This document shows, piece after piece, positions 37,876 to 48,676 of a stretch of DNA of 64,000 bases. The DNA comes from Candidatus Latescibacterota bacterium (GTDB taxonomy: Bacteria; Latescibacterota; UBA2968; GCA-2709665), in assembly GCA_965219455.1 (NCBI GenBank), contig OZ244744.1, positions 1,504,001-1,568,000 of the forward strand. Reading direction: 5' to 3'. The notes below the pieces were generated by a model. The model worked only from the letters and a program-made list of their open reading frames with translations, searched no databases and was not told the DNA's origin. Position 1 is the stretch's first letter. Each line of letters opens with the position of its first letter. The position numbers were made by a program, and so were the translations under genes.

Positions 37876-40488
37876 CTAATAGTTGAAGCTGTACTTCGCG
37901 TACCAGAACGCGCCGCCGAAACCGAACGGGCTGAACTGGCTGTACTTGTTGCCCGTCCTATCCCGGGCTTTCTGGTGTTCGTCGGGATAGGTATTGAGGA
38001 TGTTCTGCACGCCAATGGCGATCGCGGACCTGTAATCGTCAAATGAGACACTGGTTTCCAGGTCGAAAAGAACCTTGCCACTGTAGACCTGATCGTCTTC
38101 GGAATCGTACCACTCGCCGAAGTAGCTGGCGCGCCCCAGGACGTCCCAGCGGCTCGTGAGCGTCTGCGTGAGGGTCAGATTCCCACGCTGTTTGGGAAGG
38201 TTCTCCTCCAGTTCCCTGATCCGGAGGTCGTCCAGAATCTCCGGATTGTGGTCGGTGACCTTGCTGCCCGTATAGTTGTAGGCGATATTCATGGCGCCCA
38301 AACCCACGGGCACCGAGAACACCACGTCCACCCCCTGGGTTCGGGAATCGAAGTCGTTGGTGAAGAAGCGAAATTCCTGCAGGCCCGCCGCGCTCGTGAG
38401 ACCCTCCCTGACGAGCTGGTCCCGCTCCGTATCGGAAAGCGAAAAGTCCTGTGAGACCGTCAGGCGGTCGTTCACCTTGATGTCAAAATAGTCGACTGTC
38501 ATACTTGCCTTGCCCATATCCACGATGACACCCAGTGAAATGTTCTTGGACTGCTCGGAATCGAGAGGCCTGGCTCCCTTCAACGCGGCCGCGCGGCTGG
38601 TGGAGGGGACCGTTCCGTTGTTCACCAGGTCGTTCTTCTCGAAATTGAACTCCGTGGTGATGTTGAAGGCGTTCTGCTGGCCCGGGGTGGGCGCCCTGAA
38701 GCCCGTGCTGTAACTGCCGCGCACCCTCAAGTTTTCGGAAATACCGACGTTTGTGGCAACCTTGTAGTTGGAGGTGGCGCCGAAGTCGTCGAAATTCTCG
38801 TAGCGCAGGGCAAGGGCAAGGGACCAATCGTCCACGGGTTGAACGTCACCTTCGGCGTACACGGCCGTGTTGGATCGACCCCATCTGCCGGCGGCCACTT
38901 TACTGAAACCCGAAAACCCGTTCGTCGCCGGTTGAAATCCCTGGCTGGCCAGCGGCTGGCCGATAATGTAGGACTCGATCTGCCCCTCAACGATCTCGAA
39001 TGTCTCTTTTCGATATTCAAGACCGCCAGCGAGGAAGACCTGGGCGTTCACGGGGTAGGTCACGCCGAAGTCCAGGTTGACGTCCGATTGAATGTAGGTG
39101 CCCGGGTCGAAATACGTGGGCGTAGCGGGCCCCATCGAGGCGTTCACCGTGTTGAAGATAAAGTAGTCCGCCTCGTGGCGGCCGTAGGACATGCTCAGGT
39201 CCCACGATGCCAGATCCTGCTCCCCGATACCCGTGCCCTTCACGCCGAGCAGGACGGATTCATCCGTTGTAAATGCGCCGAATCGGGGCGTGAAGCCGCC
39301 GGGGAATATTTTCAGGAAGGCGAAGCAATTGGGGTCATCCCGGACCTGAAGCCACGCATTCTCGTCTGGCCTGTTGTCGATGATGGGTACGGACGGACAT
39401 TCACTGCCCTGACCCACGCCGTCCAGATCGCCAACCAGGACAGATGCCGTCTCGGGTTCGCCATCGCCATCCAGATCGATCAACGGCCCCTTGAAGACGC
39501 CGCTGCGCGTATGGGGATTCCGGAAATAGAACCCGCCTTCGGTTTCTTTATTGGCATAGTTCGCGTGACCGTAGAAATCGACGCTCTCGCCAAGGGTGGA
39601 GCCGTAGTTGGCGAAGAATTTCAAGTCGTCGCGAACGAAGGGCTGCCCCCATATCTGGGCGGGATTCGCCACCTCGATATTGCCCGCCGCAATCAGATCC
39701 GCGGCGTCGGTGCGCTGAACAGAGCGAATGGTTTCGCCCGTGTTGCCGTATTCCAGGCTGAGGTTTGCCCACGTGTTTTCATTGCCCAGGCCAATATTGA
39801 AGGCGGCCGTGAACATCTCGCCGTCGCCAAGGAACTTACCCTTCCCGTCCTGGAAACTGCCCACCTTGACATTCGCGGCCATTCCCTCGTGGTTGGTTTT
39901 CAGGCGGAAGTCCAACACGCCCGCAATGGCGTCCGATCCGTACTGCGCCGAGGCGCCGTCGCGGAGGACCTCCACCCGTTTCAGGGCGATTGCGGGGATG
40001 GCAGACATGTCGGGCCCCTGCGCGCCATCGGCAACACCGTTGCCCAGCCAGTGAATCACGGCGGCCCGGTGGCGGCGCTTGCCGTTGACGAGCACCAGTG
40101 CGTGGTCGGGCGCCAGTCCCCGCAGGTTGGGCGGCCGGACAACCGTTCCAGCGTCGCTGATCGGCTGGGTGTTGACGTTGTATGACGGGATGATGTTTCG
40201 CATCAGATCGGCCAGATCCGTGCCGCCCTGCTTGATGAAATCCTCGGCGCTGACCACGTCGATGGGCACGACCGATTTCGTCACCGAGCGCGCCCGCCGT
40301 GAACCGATCACGACCATTTCTTCGAGTTCTACAATTTCATCGAGAATGATCTCCATGGAATCGGCGTCGGCGGTAGCTTCGGCTTCCTGCGATACGGAGA
40401 CACCGGCCATGGAATGAAGGACGGCGACTGTAAGCGCAACGGATCTGCAAATGTTCTTCGCAGTAAAAACTCTCGAATCGAACGTCAT
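37876..40488 (-). CDS. TonB-dependent receptor
   Basis: Signal peptide, EEMVVIGSR, LVLVNGKR, RVEVLRDGASAQYGSDAIAGV plug motif, aromatic C-terminus. Confidence 0.93.
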   Translation of the reverse strand: MTFDSRVFTAKNICRSVALTVAVLHSMAGVSVSQEAEATADADSMEIILDEIVELEEMVVIGSRRARSVTKSVVPIDVVSAEDFIKQGGTDLADLMRNIIPSYNVNTQPISDAGTVVRPPNLRGLAPDHALVLVNGKRRHRAAVIHWLGNGVADGAQGPDMSAIPAIALKRVEVLRDGASAQYGSDAIAGVLDFRLKTNHEGMAANVKVGSFQDGKGKFLGDGEMFTAAFNIGLGNENTWANLSLEYGNTGETIRSVQRTDAADLIAAGNIEVANPAQIWGQPFVRDDLKFFANYGSTLGESVDFYGHANYANKETEGGFYFRNPHTRSGVFKGPLIDLDGDGEPETASVLVGDLDGVGQGSECPSVPIIDNRPDENAWLQVRDDPNCFAFLKIFPGGFTPRFGAFTTDESVLLGVKGTGIGEQDLASWDLSMSYGRHEADYFIFNTVNASMGPATPTYFDPGTYIQSDVNLDFGVTYPVNAQVFLAGGLEYRKETFEIVEGQIESYIIGQPLASQGFQPATNGFSGFSKVAAGRWGRSNTAVYAEGDVQPVDDWSLALALRYENFDDFGATSNYKVATNVGISENLRVRGSYSTGFRAPTPGQQNAFNITTEFNFEKNDLVNNGTVPSTSRAAALKGARPLDSEQSKNISLGVIVDMGKASMTVDYFDIKVNDRLTVSQDFSLSDTERDQLVREGLTSAAGLQEFRFFTNDFDSRTQGVDVVFSVPVGLGAMNIAYNYTGSKVTDHNPEILDDLRIRELEENLPKQRGNLTLTQTLTSRWDVLGRASYFGEWYDSEDDQVYSGKVLFDLETSVSFDDYRSAIAIGVQNILNTYPDEHQKARDRTGNKYSQFSPFGFGGAFWYAKYSFNY

Positions 40489-41215
40489 TGCAAAATTCCT
40501 TTGCTGCAGGTTTCAGGATTCGGGTCTGTGATCCAATCGTTTCAACCCTGACACACGGCCGACAACATTGAATGAAATCGCTATGAATCAATTCACAAAG
40601 ACCCGACGGAATCATCTTGGCGTTGAGGAAAAAGACTCGGACTCAAGGACGCTTCAATCCGAATCGTCGTTGCGACTGAAGGGTGTACAGACAACTCCTC
40701 CCTCGTCACCATAGGCGATATCTCCTATTCTATTGTAAGCGGGTGTCACAGCGTTTCTTTTTGACGGAATCTAAATCCGGGGAGGTTCACCGGCGAAAAA
40801 TCGGGAATGAGATCCGCGGGAGAAAATGCGCCGGGTGATATGAATTGCAACACTCTTTATACTAAGATAGTAAAATCGCGGCAATTCGCAACAGGTTCAG
40901 TAAGAAAATATTATGTTTAACCTCGATTCGACAGAAATCCGCACCCTTATACATTAGCTATATTTACGTTTTAATCCTTTTTTTCCGGCTTAGTCTACAC
41001 GCCCGACGTCCTGCACGAGATTTCTCCGGCACGGACGGGCTGTCACTGGCGCGAACGCCTCGTCGTCGTTGCGGCCGCCGTTCGACGGCCGGGTGCAAGT
41101 GTCGCATTTTGCGACAGTGGTTGTCAGCCCCACGTAGGCGGCCAACGGCACGGCAACGGAATTCCGGCTTTTTCCGCGTAGATTCCAGCCCGGGCGCCGT
41201 GACGCTTTCCGATCC

Positions 41216-41244
41216 TTGACTTGCGCCACCAAAAGGAATATACT
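41216..41244 (+). promoter_or_regulatory. Sigma70 promoter
   Basis: TTGACT-17-TATACT, 130 nt upstream of 41374. Confidence 0.7.
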
Positions 41245-41373
41245 TCTGCTCGTCTCATCTGCCAACCCATCGTTCCGGGCGAGGCCGTCATATCAATCGC
41301 AGGCCGGGCAGGTTTGGCGCCACGACGGCGATTTGTTTTTGCTCTTATCATCTGCTCTTCATAGAGGACTGAA

Positions 41374-42342
41374 ATGGACACGGTGAAAGTTGTCATCATG
41401 GCCGGGCCCTGGACCGAATGGAAGGAACAACTCCAATCGGTGTCTCCCCGCGTTGTGGCGGTCGCCGCGCATTCAGACGGCGCTCTTCTGCGGGAAATTG
41501 CGGATGCCGAAGTCGTCTTCGGCCGCCTGCCGCGAGCCCCCTTTCTCAAAGCCGGAAGACTTCGATGGGTGCAGAGTATCGGCGTGGGATTCGAGACCAT
41601 GCTCTATCCCGAGATGATCGAGAGCGACGTGATCATCACCAACACCGCCGGCGCCTTCGACGCCGCCATGGCCGAATCCGCGCTCGCGTTCATGCTCGCC
41701 CACGCGCGCGGCCTCATGCACTTCGAACGCGAAAGGAAAGACCGCACCTGGAACCAGCACAGAGATATGGTCTCGCAGATCGACGGAAAGACGGCCTGCG
41801 TGCTCGGTCTGGGCTCCATCGGACGCAGCATCGCCATCCGGCTCCACGCCCTCGGACTCACCGTGACGGCCGTGGACGCCCAGGCCGAAACACCGCCTTC
41901 CGGTGTGCGACGCCTTTACAGACCGGATGAGATGCTCAATGCCCTTGCCGACGCGGACTACGTTGTGGTGGCGCTCCCGCAGACCGAAAGCACCCAGGGG
42001 ATCATCGACGCGGCGTGCTTCAACCGCATGAAGGAAACGGCGTTTCTGGTCAATATCGCGCGCGGGCCCATCGTGAATGAATCCGACCTGATCCGGGCCC
42101 TCCAGGAGAAACGCATTGCCGGCGCCGGCCTGGACGTCTTCAAGGAAGAACCCCTTCCGGATGCCAGCCCGCTGTGGGACATGCCCAACGTCGTGTTCGC
42201 CCCCCACTCCGGCGGATACTCCCCCGAGGGCCGCGAAAATGTCCTTCGAGTCTTCAAAGAAAATCTCAGACGCTATCTTTCCAAAGAACCCCTTCTGAAC
42301 GTAGTGGACAAAGAAAAGGGATACCTCATCCAGACGGCCTGA
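41374..42342 (+). CDS. D-2-hydroxyacid dehydrogenase
   Basis: GLGSIG, VNIARG, GAGLDVF..EPLP, PH. Confidence 0.92.
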   Translation: MDTVKVVIMAGPWTEWKEQLQSVSPRVVAVAAHSDGALLREIADAEVVFGRLPRAPFLKAGRLRWVQSIGVGFETMLYPEMIESDVIITNTAGAFDAAMAESALAFMLAHARGLMHFERERKDRTWNQHRDMVSQIDGKTACVLGLGSIGRSIAIRLHALGLTVTAVDAQAETPPSGVRRLYRPDEMLNALADADYVVVALPQTESTQGIIDAACFNRMKETAFLVNIARGPIVNESDLIRALQEKRIAGAGLDVFKEEPLPDASPLWDMPNVVFAPHSGGYSPEGRENVLRVFKENLRRYLSKEPLLNVVDKEKGYLIQTA

Positions 42343-42437
42343 AGGCACCTACTGCGATGCCTTTGAATACCGGCTCCGCACAATTGCCGGCGTTCTGAGT
42401 TCAACCGGGTTACGGCCCGGCCGAAAGCGTAAATCTC

Positions 42438-43688
42438 ATGTCATCTCCTGCCGCCTTCTCCGTCAACGACGCTGTCGCCCTCGCCTTCGAAAATCAACCG
42501 ATTGTAGACATCCATACCCACCTCTATCCAGCACAAATGGGCTCGCTGTGTCTCATGGGCCCGGACGAACTCCTCACCTACCACTACCTGAAAGCAGAGA
42601 CCAGCCGTCAGCTTCCGCCTGAAATCACCGTCGCACAATTCAGCGCCCTGCCGAAGCCGCGTCAGGCCGACGTCGTCTGGCGCACCCTCTTCGCGGGCGA
42701 CGGCAGTCCGCTCTCCGAAGCCCAGCTCGGCGTGGTGACCGTTATGTCAGCGCTGGGCCTGAACCCCAGGACGGACAGCCTGTCCGAATTCCGCGCTTTC
42801 TTCTCCGGGACAGACCCCGAAGACTACATCGATCTTATCTTTCGGAAATCCGGTGTGGCAAGTGTCTTTATGACCAACGATCCCCTGGACGATCAGGAGG
42901 GCCCCATCTGGCAAGCCGGATTCGATAGAGACCCGCGGTTTGAAGCCGCGCTCCGGCTGGACAGCGCCCTGGCGGGCTGGCCCGCGCCCGTCGCGAAATT
43001 AAACGCACTGGGTTACGAGGTGGAAACGGATCTCTGCGCCCGAACGATTGCAGAACTTCGCCGTTACCTCAACGAAGGGTGCACGCGCATGGACGCCCGT
43101 TACATGGCCATCTCCCTCCCGCCGGATTTCGTCTATCCCTCCGAGTCTCCCGTAGCCAGGCTGCTGCATGCCGCGGTCTATCCCACCGCCAGGGAGCGCG
43201 GGATTCCCGCGGCCATGATGGTTGGCGTCAGGCGCCAGGTCAACCCGCTGTTGCAGGACGGCGGCGACGGCATGGGAAAATGGGATGTCGCCGTCCTGGA
43301 AAACATCGCGCGGGAATGGCCCGAGGTCAATTTCCTCGTGACGCTGCTTTCTCGCGAAAACCAGCACGAACTCTGCGTGGCCGCCCGAAAATTCCCCAAT
43401 ATTCTCCCCTTCGGCTGCTGGTGGTTTCTGAACAACCCCAGCATTATCCAGGAAATCACGGCCGAACGCCTTGAACTGCTCGGAGCCGGCTTCGTGCCTC
43501 AACACTCCGACGCCCGGGTCCTGGACCAGCTACTCTACAAATGGACCCACTCCATCAAAGCCATTGCGCCGGTCTTCGTGCGGAAGTACGAAGCGTTGAA
43601 GCACGCCGGCTGGCCGCTGACCGAACGGGACATCCGCAATGACATCGCCCGAATGTTCGGCGGCGGCCCCCTCAATGCGAGCTCTTGA
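42438..43688 (+). CDS. Uronate (glucuronate) isomerase-like amidohydrolase
   Basis: DIHTHL, LLTYHYL, MTNDP, GCWWF.NNP, QHSDARVLDQL.YKW. Confidence 0.82.
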   Translation: MSSPAAFSVNDAVALAFENQPIVDIHTHLYPAQMGSLCLMGPDELLTYHYLKAETSRQLPPEITVAQFSALPKPRQADVVWRTLFAGDGSPLSEAQLGVVTVMSALGLNPRTDSLSEFRAFFSGTDPEDYIDLIFRKSGVASVFMTNDPLDDQEGPIWQAGFDRDPRFEAALRLDSALAGWPAPVAKLNALGYEVETDLCARTIAELRRYLNEGCTRMDARYMAISLPPDFVYPSESPVARLLHAAVYPTARERGIPAAMMVGVRRQVNPLLQDGGDGMGKWDVAVLENIAREWPEVNFLVTLLSRENQHELCVAARKFPNILPFGCWWFLNNPSIIQEITAERLELLGAGFVPQHSDARVLDQLLYKWTHSIKAIAPVFVRKYEALKHAGWPLTERDIRNDIARMFGGGPLNASS

Positions 43689-43690
43689 AG

Positions 43691-44878
43691 TCAGCGCAGC
43701 CAGGACCATTGCGCGGCCACCGTGGCCTCGTCGCCGAATCTTTCCATCACCCGCGCTTTTTCGGCAGGCCCCGCCAAGAGCAGCCCCACCAGCCGATCGC
43801 ACGTCAATTCCACCTCTTCGTCCGTCATCTCCATCGCATCCACGGTGAAATATCCCTCATCCGTATGGTGCGCGCGAAGCCGGATGGACGGATCGCCCTC
43901 CATCATCGCGAGGTTGATCACGGCAGCGCTCAATCCGGTTTTGTCCGCGTCCACCGTGACACGCGCGCGACTGAACGGATTGCCGTTGGGATCCGGATCC
44001 ACGCTGAGACCGATGCCGTCGATGCCCTCCAGGCGCGCCATCACCCGGTTCATCTTCCGGTTTTGCTCCGCCTCCCAGCCCCCCACGTCCAATCGCATCC
44101 GGTACTCCAGCGCCGCCATCGCGCCCACGATTCCCTCCTTGCCCACCTTCATCGGCCTCCCGATCCCCCGGTTCTGAAGGTTCAGCGCCCGCACCAGGTC
44201 CTCCCGGCCGCAGACCACGCCGGCCGTGGCGCCGGAGAGATACTTGTGCCCGCTGCAGATTACCAGGTCCGCCCCCGTGTCCACGATCTTTCTGATCAGA
44301 AACGACTGCGCCGCCCCGTCGACGATCACGGGGACGCCGAACTCGTGCGCGATCTCGACCACCCGCGTCAGGGGCAGGGCGCCGTACCGGACGGTATGGT
44401 GAGAAACCACGAATACCACCGCCGCCGTCCGGTCTCCAATGGCATGCCTCAGGTGCTCCTCGGTCGAACGGTGCACCGTCCCGATCTCCACGGCCACGGC
44501 GCCGGCCAGCCGGATCATCTGCGTTACCGGCGCTCCGAAGTTCACCGCGTGACCCTTCTGAATCACAACCTCGTTTGCCATCCCGGTTGTGTCCGGAAGT
44601 TGCCAGACCCGGCCGAGGTCGTTTCCGGTCATCGTGGCCGCCACCCCCAGCGAAATGCCCGCGGCCGTGCATGCGGTCACGCACCCCCACTGAGCGCCCG
44701 TGGCGCGTGCGATCACCTCACCCGCGCGGTCCTGGAGTTCATCCAGGTCGTAGAAGCGGCCCATAGCCTGCGTCACCTCTTCAACCACTTCGGGCAACAC
44801 GATCGCCCCCGCCAGGTGCGTCATTTTGCCACAAGCGTTGATAACACGAGTCAACCGGTACTTCTCGTACAAATCCAT
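43691..44878 (-). CDS. SelA/DgaE-like PLP-dependent enzyme
   Basis: VINACGKMT, IVDGAA, SGHK, GIGRPMKVGKE. Confidence 0.85.
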   Translation of the reverse strand: MDLYEKYRLTRVINACGKMTHLAGAIVLPEVVEEVTQAMGRFYDLDELQDRAGEVIARATGAQWGCVTACTAAGISLGVAATMTGNDLGRVWQLPDTTGMANEVVIQKGHAVNFGAPVTQMIRLAGAVAVEIGTVHRSTEEHLRHAIGDRTAAVVFVVSHHTVRYGALPLTRVVEIAHEFGVPVIVDGAAQSFLIRKIVDTGADLVICSGHKYLSGATAGVVCGREDLVRALNLQNRGIGRPMKVGKEGIVGAMAALEYRMRLDVGGWEAEQNRKMNRVMARLEGIDGIGLSVDPDPNGNPFSRARVTVDADKTGLSAAVINLAMMEGDPSIRLRAHHTDEGYFTVDAMEMTDEEVELTCDRLVGLLLAGPAEKARVMERFGDEATVAAQWSWLR

Positions 44879-44976
44879 TGAGGTCCCTCCGTACAGGAAA
44901 AATGCGAGCGACAATACCGGCCGCCCGCCTTTCCCGGTGTCCCGTCCCGAATGTTTTCGGAACGGCTTCCCGCCGG

Positions 44977-46347
44977 TTAACTTCCCACCGCCTCGTCCAC
45001 CGACTCGCCCAGCACCGCCAGGCCTTCGGCCACCGCTTCCCCGGTAATGGTCAGCGGCGGAGCGATCTTCACCGTCTGCCCCCAGGATCCCACCGGCGCG
45101 AAAAACAGCAGCCCCTTGTGAAAACAGCGTTCAACCACGTCGAATGCCAGATCCGGGTCGGGCTCCTTCAAACCCGGTTTGACCATCTGCAACCCCGCAA
45201 CCAGCCCCTTGCCCGTGCAATTGCCGATCACGAGCGGATGACGGGCCTGAATCGCGCGCAACCCATCCATCATTACCGCCTCCAGCCGGGCGGCATTGCC
45301 CGCCAGGTCGTCTTCCACGATTTTTTTCAAGCTGGCCAGCGCCGCCGCCGCGCAGACCGGATTTCCGGTATGCGTGCTGGTCATGGATCCGGGCGGGTAT
45401 TGATCCATCACCTCCGTCCGGCCGATCACGCCGGACAGGGGCAGGGAACTGCTCACGCCCTTTCCGAATGTAATCAGATCCGGTGTGACGCCGTAGTGCT
45501 CGAACCCCCACATTTTTCCGGTTCGTCCGAACCCCGCCTGTACCTCGTCGAATATCAGCAGAGCCCCGTGCGCCCGGCACCATTCGGCCAGGGCTCGTGC
45601 ATATTCCACCGGGAGAAAGTCCGGGCCGACGCCCTGGTAGGTCTCCACGATCACCCCCGCCACGTCGTCGGCCTTCATCCCTTTTTCGTTCAGGGTCGCG
45701 CAGAAGTGGTCGAAATCGGTATTCTCCGTCCAGTATCCGTCCGGAAAGGCAACCTGTACAATGGCGGGATCCTCATTCACAATCCAGTCTTTCTGTCCGG
45801 GCATCCCGCCGGCCTGCTGCGCCCCGAGCGTGCGCCCGTGAAAGCCACGCTCAAACCCCACGATCCCGACCTTCCGGTTCCCGCCCTGCATTATTCCCCA
45901 GGTGCGAGCCAGTTTGATCGCATTCTCGGTGGCCTCGGAACCGGTGGTCAGCAGAAATACCTTATCCAGACCTTCCGGCGCCAGTCCCGTGAGGGTTTCG
46001 GCCAGTGCCGCCCTTGCGGCGTTGGGAAACACGTAGCTGTGAAGGAGTCCGTTGTCGACCTGTTCCAGAATGGCCCTCCGCACCTCCGGCATCCCGTGGC
46101 CCGCATTGGTCACCAGCACCCCGGAACTCCAATCCAGCCACATATTCCCGTACCTGTCGTGAACCTGGACGTCTTCCGCCCGATCCCACACGACCGGGGG
46201 CTGTCCGCGCATCGAAGAAGGCTCATGGGTGCGAAGCGCCTCGAGCACGGGAACCGACTCCGGATGCGGCAATCTGGAGGCGATTCGCCGATATTTTGTG
46301 TCCACGCGGGGAACGTCCCGGGGTGTGATATCGAACTCCCTGCCCAT
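44977..46347 (-). CDS. Class III aminotransferase
   Basis: TGSEATE, FHGRT, IFDEVQAGFGRTG, PDLITFGK. Confidence 0.92.
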   Translation of the reverse strand: MGREFDITPRDVPRVDTKYRRIASRLPHPESVPVLEALRTHEPSSMRGQPPVVWDRAEDVQVHDRYGNMWLDWSSGVLVTNAGHGMPEVRRAILEQVDNGLLHSYVFPNAARAALAETLTGLAPEGLDKVFLLTTGSEATENAIKLARTWGIMQGGNRKVGIVGFERGFHGRTLGAQQAGGMPGQKDWIVNEDPAIVQVAFPDGYWTENTDFDHFCATLNEKGMKADDVAGVIVETYQGVGPDFLPVEYARALAEWCRAHGALLIFDEVQAGFGRTGKMWGFEHYGVTPDLITFGKGVSSSLPLSGVIGRTEVMDQYPPGSMTSTHTGNPVCAAAALASLKKIVEDDLAGNAARLEAVMMDGLRAIQARHPLVIGNCTGKGLVAGLQMVKPGLKEPDPDLAFDVVERCFHKGLLFFAPVGSWGQTVKIAPPLTITGEAVAEGLAVLGESVDEAVGS

Positions 46348-46435
46348 CGCATCCTCCTGAAAAAAAACGAGCCGCGAGACTCGGCGCCGCCCGAACCGGA
46401 CGTTGCGGCGTCTCGCGACCCGCTGCGCCCCGCCC

Positions 46436-47719
46436 CTATAGAGCCTTTTTGTAAATCCGCTGAAATACCGCTTCCGGGCCCTCGTCAATCCGGTTCGGAT
46501 CGATAATGGTGATGCCGTCCTCCCCGAACCGCGCCGTCACCGGCGTCCCCTTGCCTTCATGCAGATATTTGAAGTTCAGATCCCGCACCCGCCTGGCCGC
46601 ATCCACAATCGCGACCGTAATCCGCCCATCCGCCGCCGTGGGATAGATCTCGTCCACGTCCTCCCGCGTCTCTCCCAGGAACTTGATCCGGCAGGCGGCA
46701 ACCAGCCCCACCGTGATGCTGTCCACGCCGTATCCGATATACGCATCCGAGCCGTCCGGACGCCTGACGTCGCGGGTCATATGATTATTCACCGTACGGC
46801 TGCCGCCCCCGTCGTACCAGAAACGCAGACCCCGGTACTGCTGGTCCGACTCCACCTTGCCGTCGGTGCCCACAATTTCATGGCCCTGATTCACGGGGCC
46901 CTCGAAATCATCGGGCGTTATCCAATTATTGTGGAAATAGATGCTCATACCGTTATCGAATTCCACGCGCACCTGAACCGCGTCGTAGGCGTTGATCCCG
47001 TCCCGAACCAGCCGCTTCTTCTGTCCGACCGCGGATAGCGCGACGGGTTTGCTCCTGAAATAGTTGTAAATCAGGTCCGTCCAGTGTGGACCGACATAAC
47101 TGAACGGATCGCTCTGCTCCGCCCACTTGAACGTGCTCGTGGACACCTCCAGCGGCTCTTCGAGCACGGCCTGCCCGTAGAGCGGCTCTCCGATCCGCGT
47201 GGACAGATCGTGCTGGACGCGCAGATGATCCGGATCGTATCGCTTGTGCATATCCACGCAGACCACCAGCCCCTTCTCGTCGGCCACGTCGATGATCTCG
47301 TCCGCCTCCTCGATCGACAGACACATCGGTTTCTCCATCACCACGTGCGTCCCGTTCCGGAGCGCGGCCAGCGTCACCTCGGTATGCAGATGATCCGGCG
47401 TAACCACCGCCATGACGTCGAGGTCGGGGAAATCGCGCAACACGTCTTCCCACGGCTTTTCTCCCCAGTACGGTCCTGGCTCGCACCCCGTGGAAGCTTT
47501 AAAATTATCCCGCGCGCGTTCCGCCGACGCCTGCGACCGCGTGGCCACGGCCACCAGATCGAACTGTATATCGGCCAGGTCCCGCGCCCACCGGTCCAGG
47601 CCGACCCGCCCGAGATTTCCACTGATTCCCATCCGCTGCAGATCGGCGAACGCCCGGGCATGAACGTCTCCGCCGAACATCCCCGCGCCGATCAGCGCGA
47701 TTTTCATCGTGCGCTGCAT
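46436..47719 (-). CDS. Gfo/Idh/MocA family oxidoreductase
   Basis: IGAGMFG, TPDHLH, EKP, HKRYDP. Confidence 0.9.
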   Translation of the reverse strand: MQRTMKIALIGAGMFGGDVHARAFADLQRMGISGNLGRVGLDRWARDLADIQFDLVAVATRSQASAERARDNFKASTGCEPGPYWGEKPWEDVLRDFPDLDVMAVVTPDHLHTEVTLAALRNGTHVVMEKPMCLSIEEADEIIDVADEKGLVVCVDMHKRYDPDHLRVQHDLSTRIGEPLYGQAVLEEPLEVSTSTFKWAEQSDPFSYVGPHWTDLIYNYFRSKPVALSAVGQKKRLVRDGINAYDAVQVRVEFDNGMSIYFHNNWITPDDFEGPVNQGHEIVGTDGKVESDQQYRGLRFWYDGGGSRTVNNHMTRDVRRPDGSDAYIGYGVDSITVGLVAACRIKFLGETREDVDEIYPTAADGRITVAIVDAARRVRDLNFKYLHEGKGTPVTARFGEDGITIIDPNRIDEGPEAVFQRIYKKAL

Positions 47720-47839
47720 TCGTTACCTCGCTTTCCCGCTTTGTCGGTTCTCTCCCCGTAGCACCAGAACCTTGTTTTCGTTTCATCGATTCGAGCGGCC
47801 TCGACGTCCGCGCGGCGGGAACCGCGCCCAACGTGCGAG

Positions 47840-48574
47840 TCATCTCGTAAAGACGGTACCCCTCACATAGTCCGCATCGTCCGAAACCAGAAACGCCAGG
47901 ACCTTTCCCACACCCTCCGGATCTCCCAAGCCCTGTCTCATCTCCTCCAGGGACCGCCCCTCCAGACTCGCCTGTTTCCTCAACACGCCCATCTTCAACG
48001 GCGTTTCAAGGCTCCCGGGACACAACGCATGCACCCGGATTCCCCTGGAGGCCAGTTGCGGCGCGAGCACCAGAGAGAGCCCGTGCACCCCGCCTTTGCT
48101 CGATCCGTATGCCGCGGACGAACTGCCTCCCCGCACGCCGGCGCCGGAAGACACCAGCACGAGCACCCCGCCGCCGGACCGCTCCAGAACCGGCGCCACA
48201 TACTTGCACATCAGAAAACTTCCCTTCAAATTCACGTCGACCACCCGATCCCAGGTCTCCTCTTCGAACAGATCGACGGGGACCAGCGCGCCTTCCAGAA
48301 TGCCAGCGGAATGAATCAGACCGTCGATCCGTCCGAACGCGCCGACCACGTCCTTCACCATCGCCCGAACCCCGGCCTCCACGCGTACGTCCACATCGAA
48401 CCCCCGGGCGGCGCCCCCCGACCCCTCGATTTCGCTAACCGTTGCCGTAACGCCGTCCACGTCGCAATCCGCGACCCCCACGCGAGCGCCGGCCCGTGCG
48501 CAACAAAGCGAAGCGGCGCGGCCGATGCCCGAGGCCCCGCCGGTTACCAGAATCACCTTCTTCTTCAACGGCAT
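47840..48574 (-). CDS. SDR oxidoreductase
   Basis: TGGASGIG, YGSSK. Confidence 0.92.
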   Translation of the reverse strand: MPLKKKVILVTGGASGIGRAASLCCARAGARVGVADCDVDGVTATVSEIEGSGGAARGFDVDVRVEAGVRAMVKDVVGAFGRIDGLIHSAGILEGALVPVDLFEEETWDRVVDVNLKGSFLMCKYVAPVLERSGGGVLVLVSSGAGVRGGSSSAAYGSSKGGVHGLSLVLAPQLASRGIRVHALCPGSLETPLKMGVLRKQASLEGRSLEEMRQGLGDPEGVGKVLAFLVSDDADYVRGTVFTR

Positions 48575-48676
48575 CTCACCCTCGCGGGTCGAATCCGGCC
48601 TGACGGGCCAGGCGCCTGGCGCTACGGAACGGGAAAATGAATTCCCGCGTCGGTTGCGCCCCGCGTTCCGCGGCAC

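Noticed and set aside
40489-41000. Cobalamin or TPP riboswitch upstream of the TonB receptor
   Set aside because: The conserved B12-box and TPP motifs were not found by eye; an Rfam scan would be needed to exclude a divergent element.
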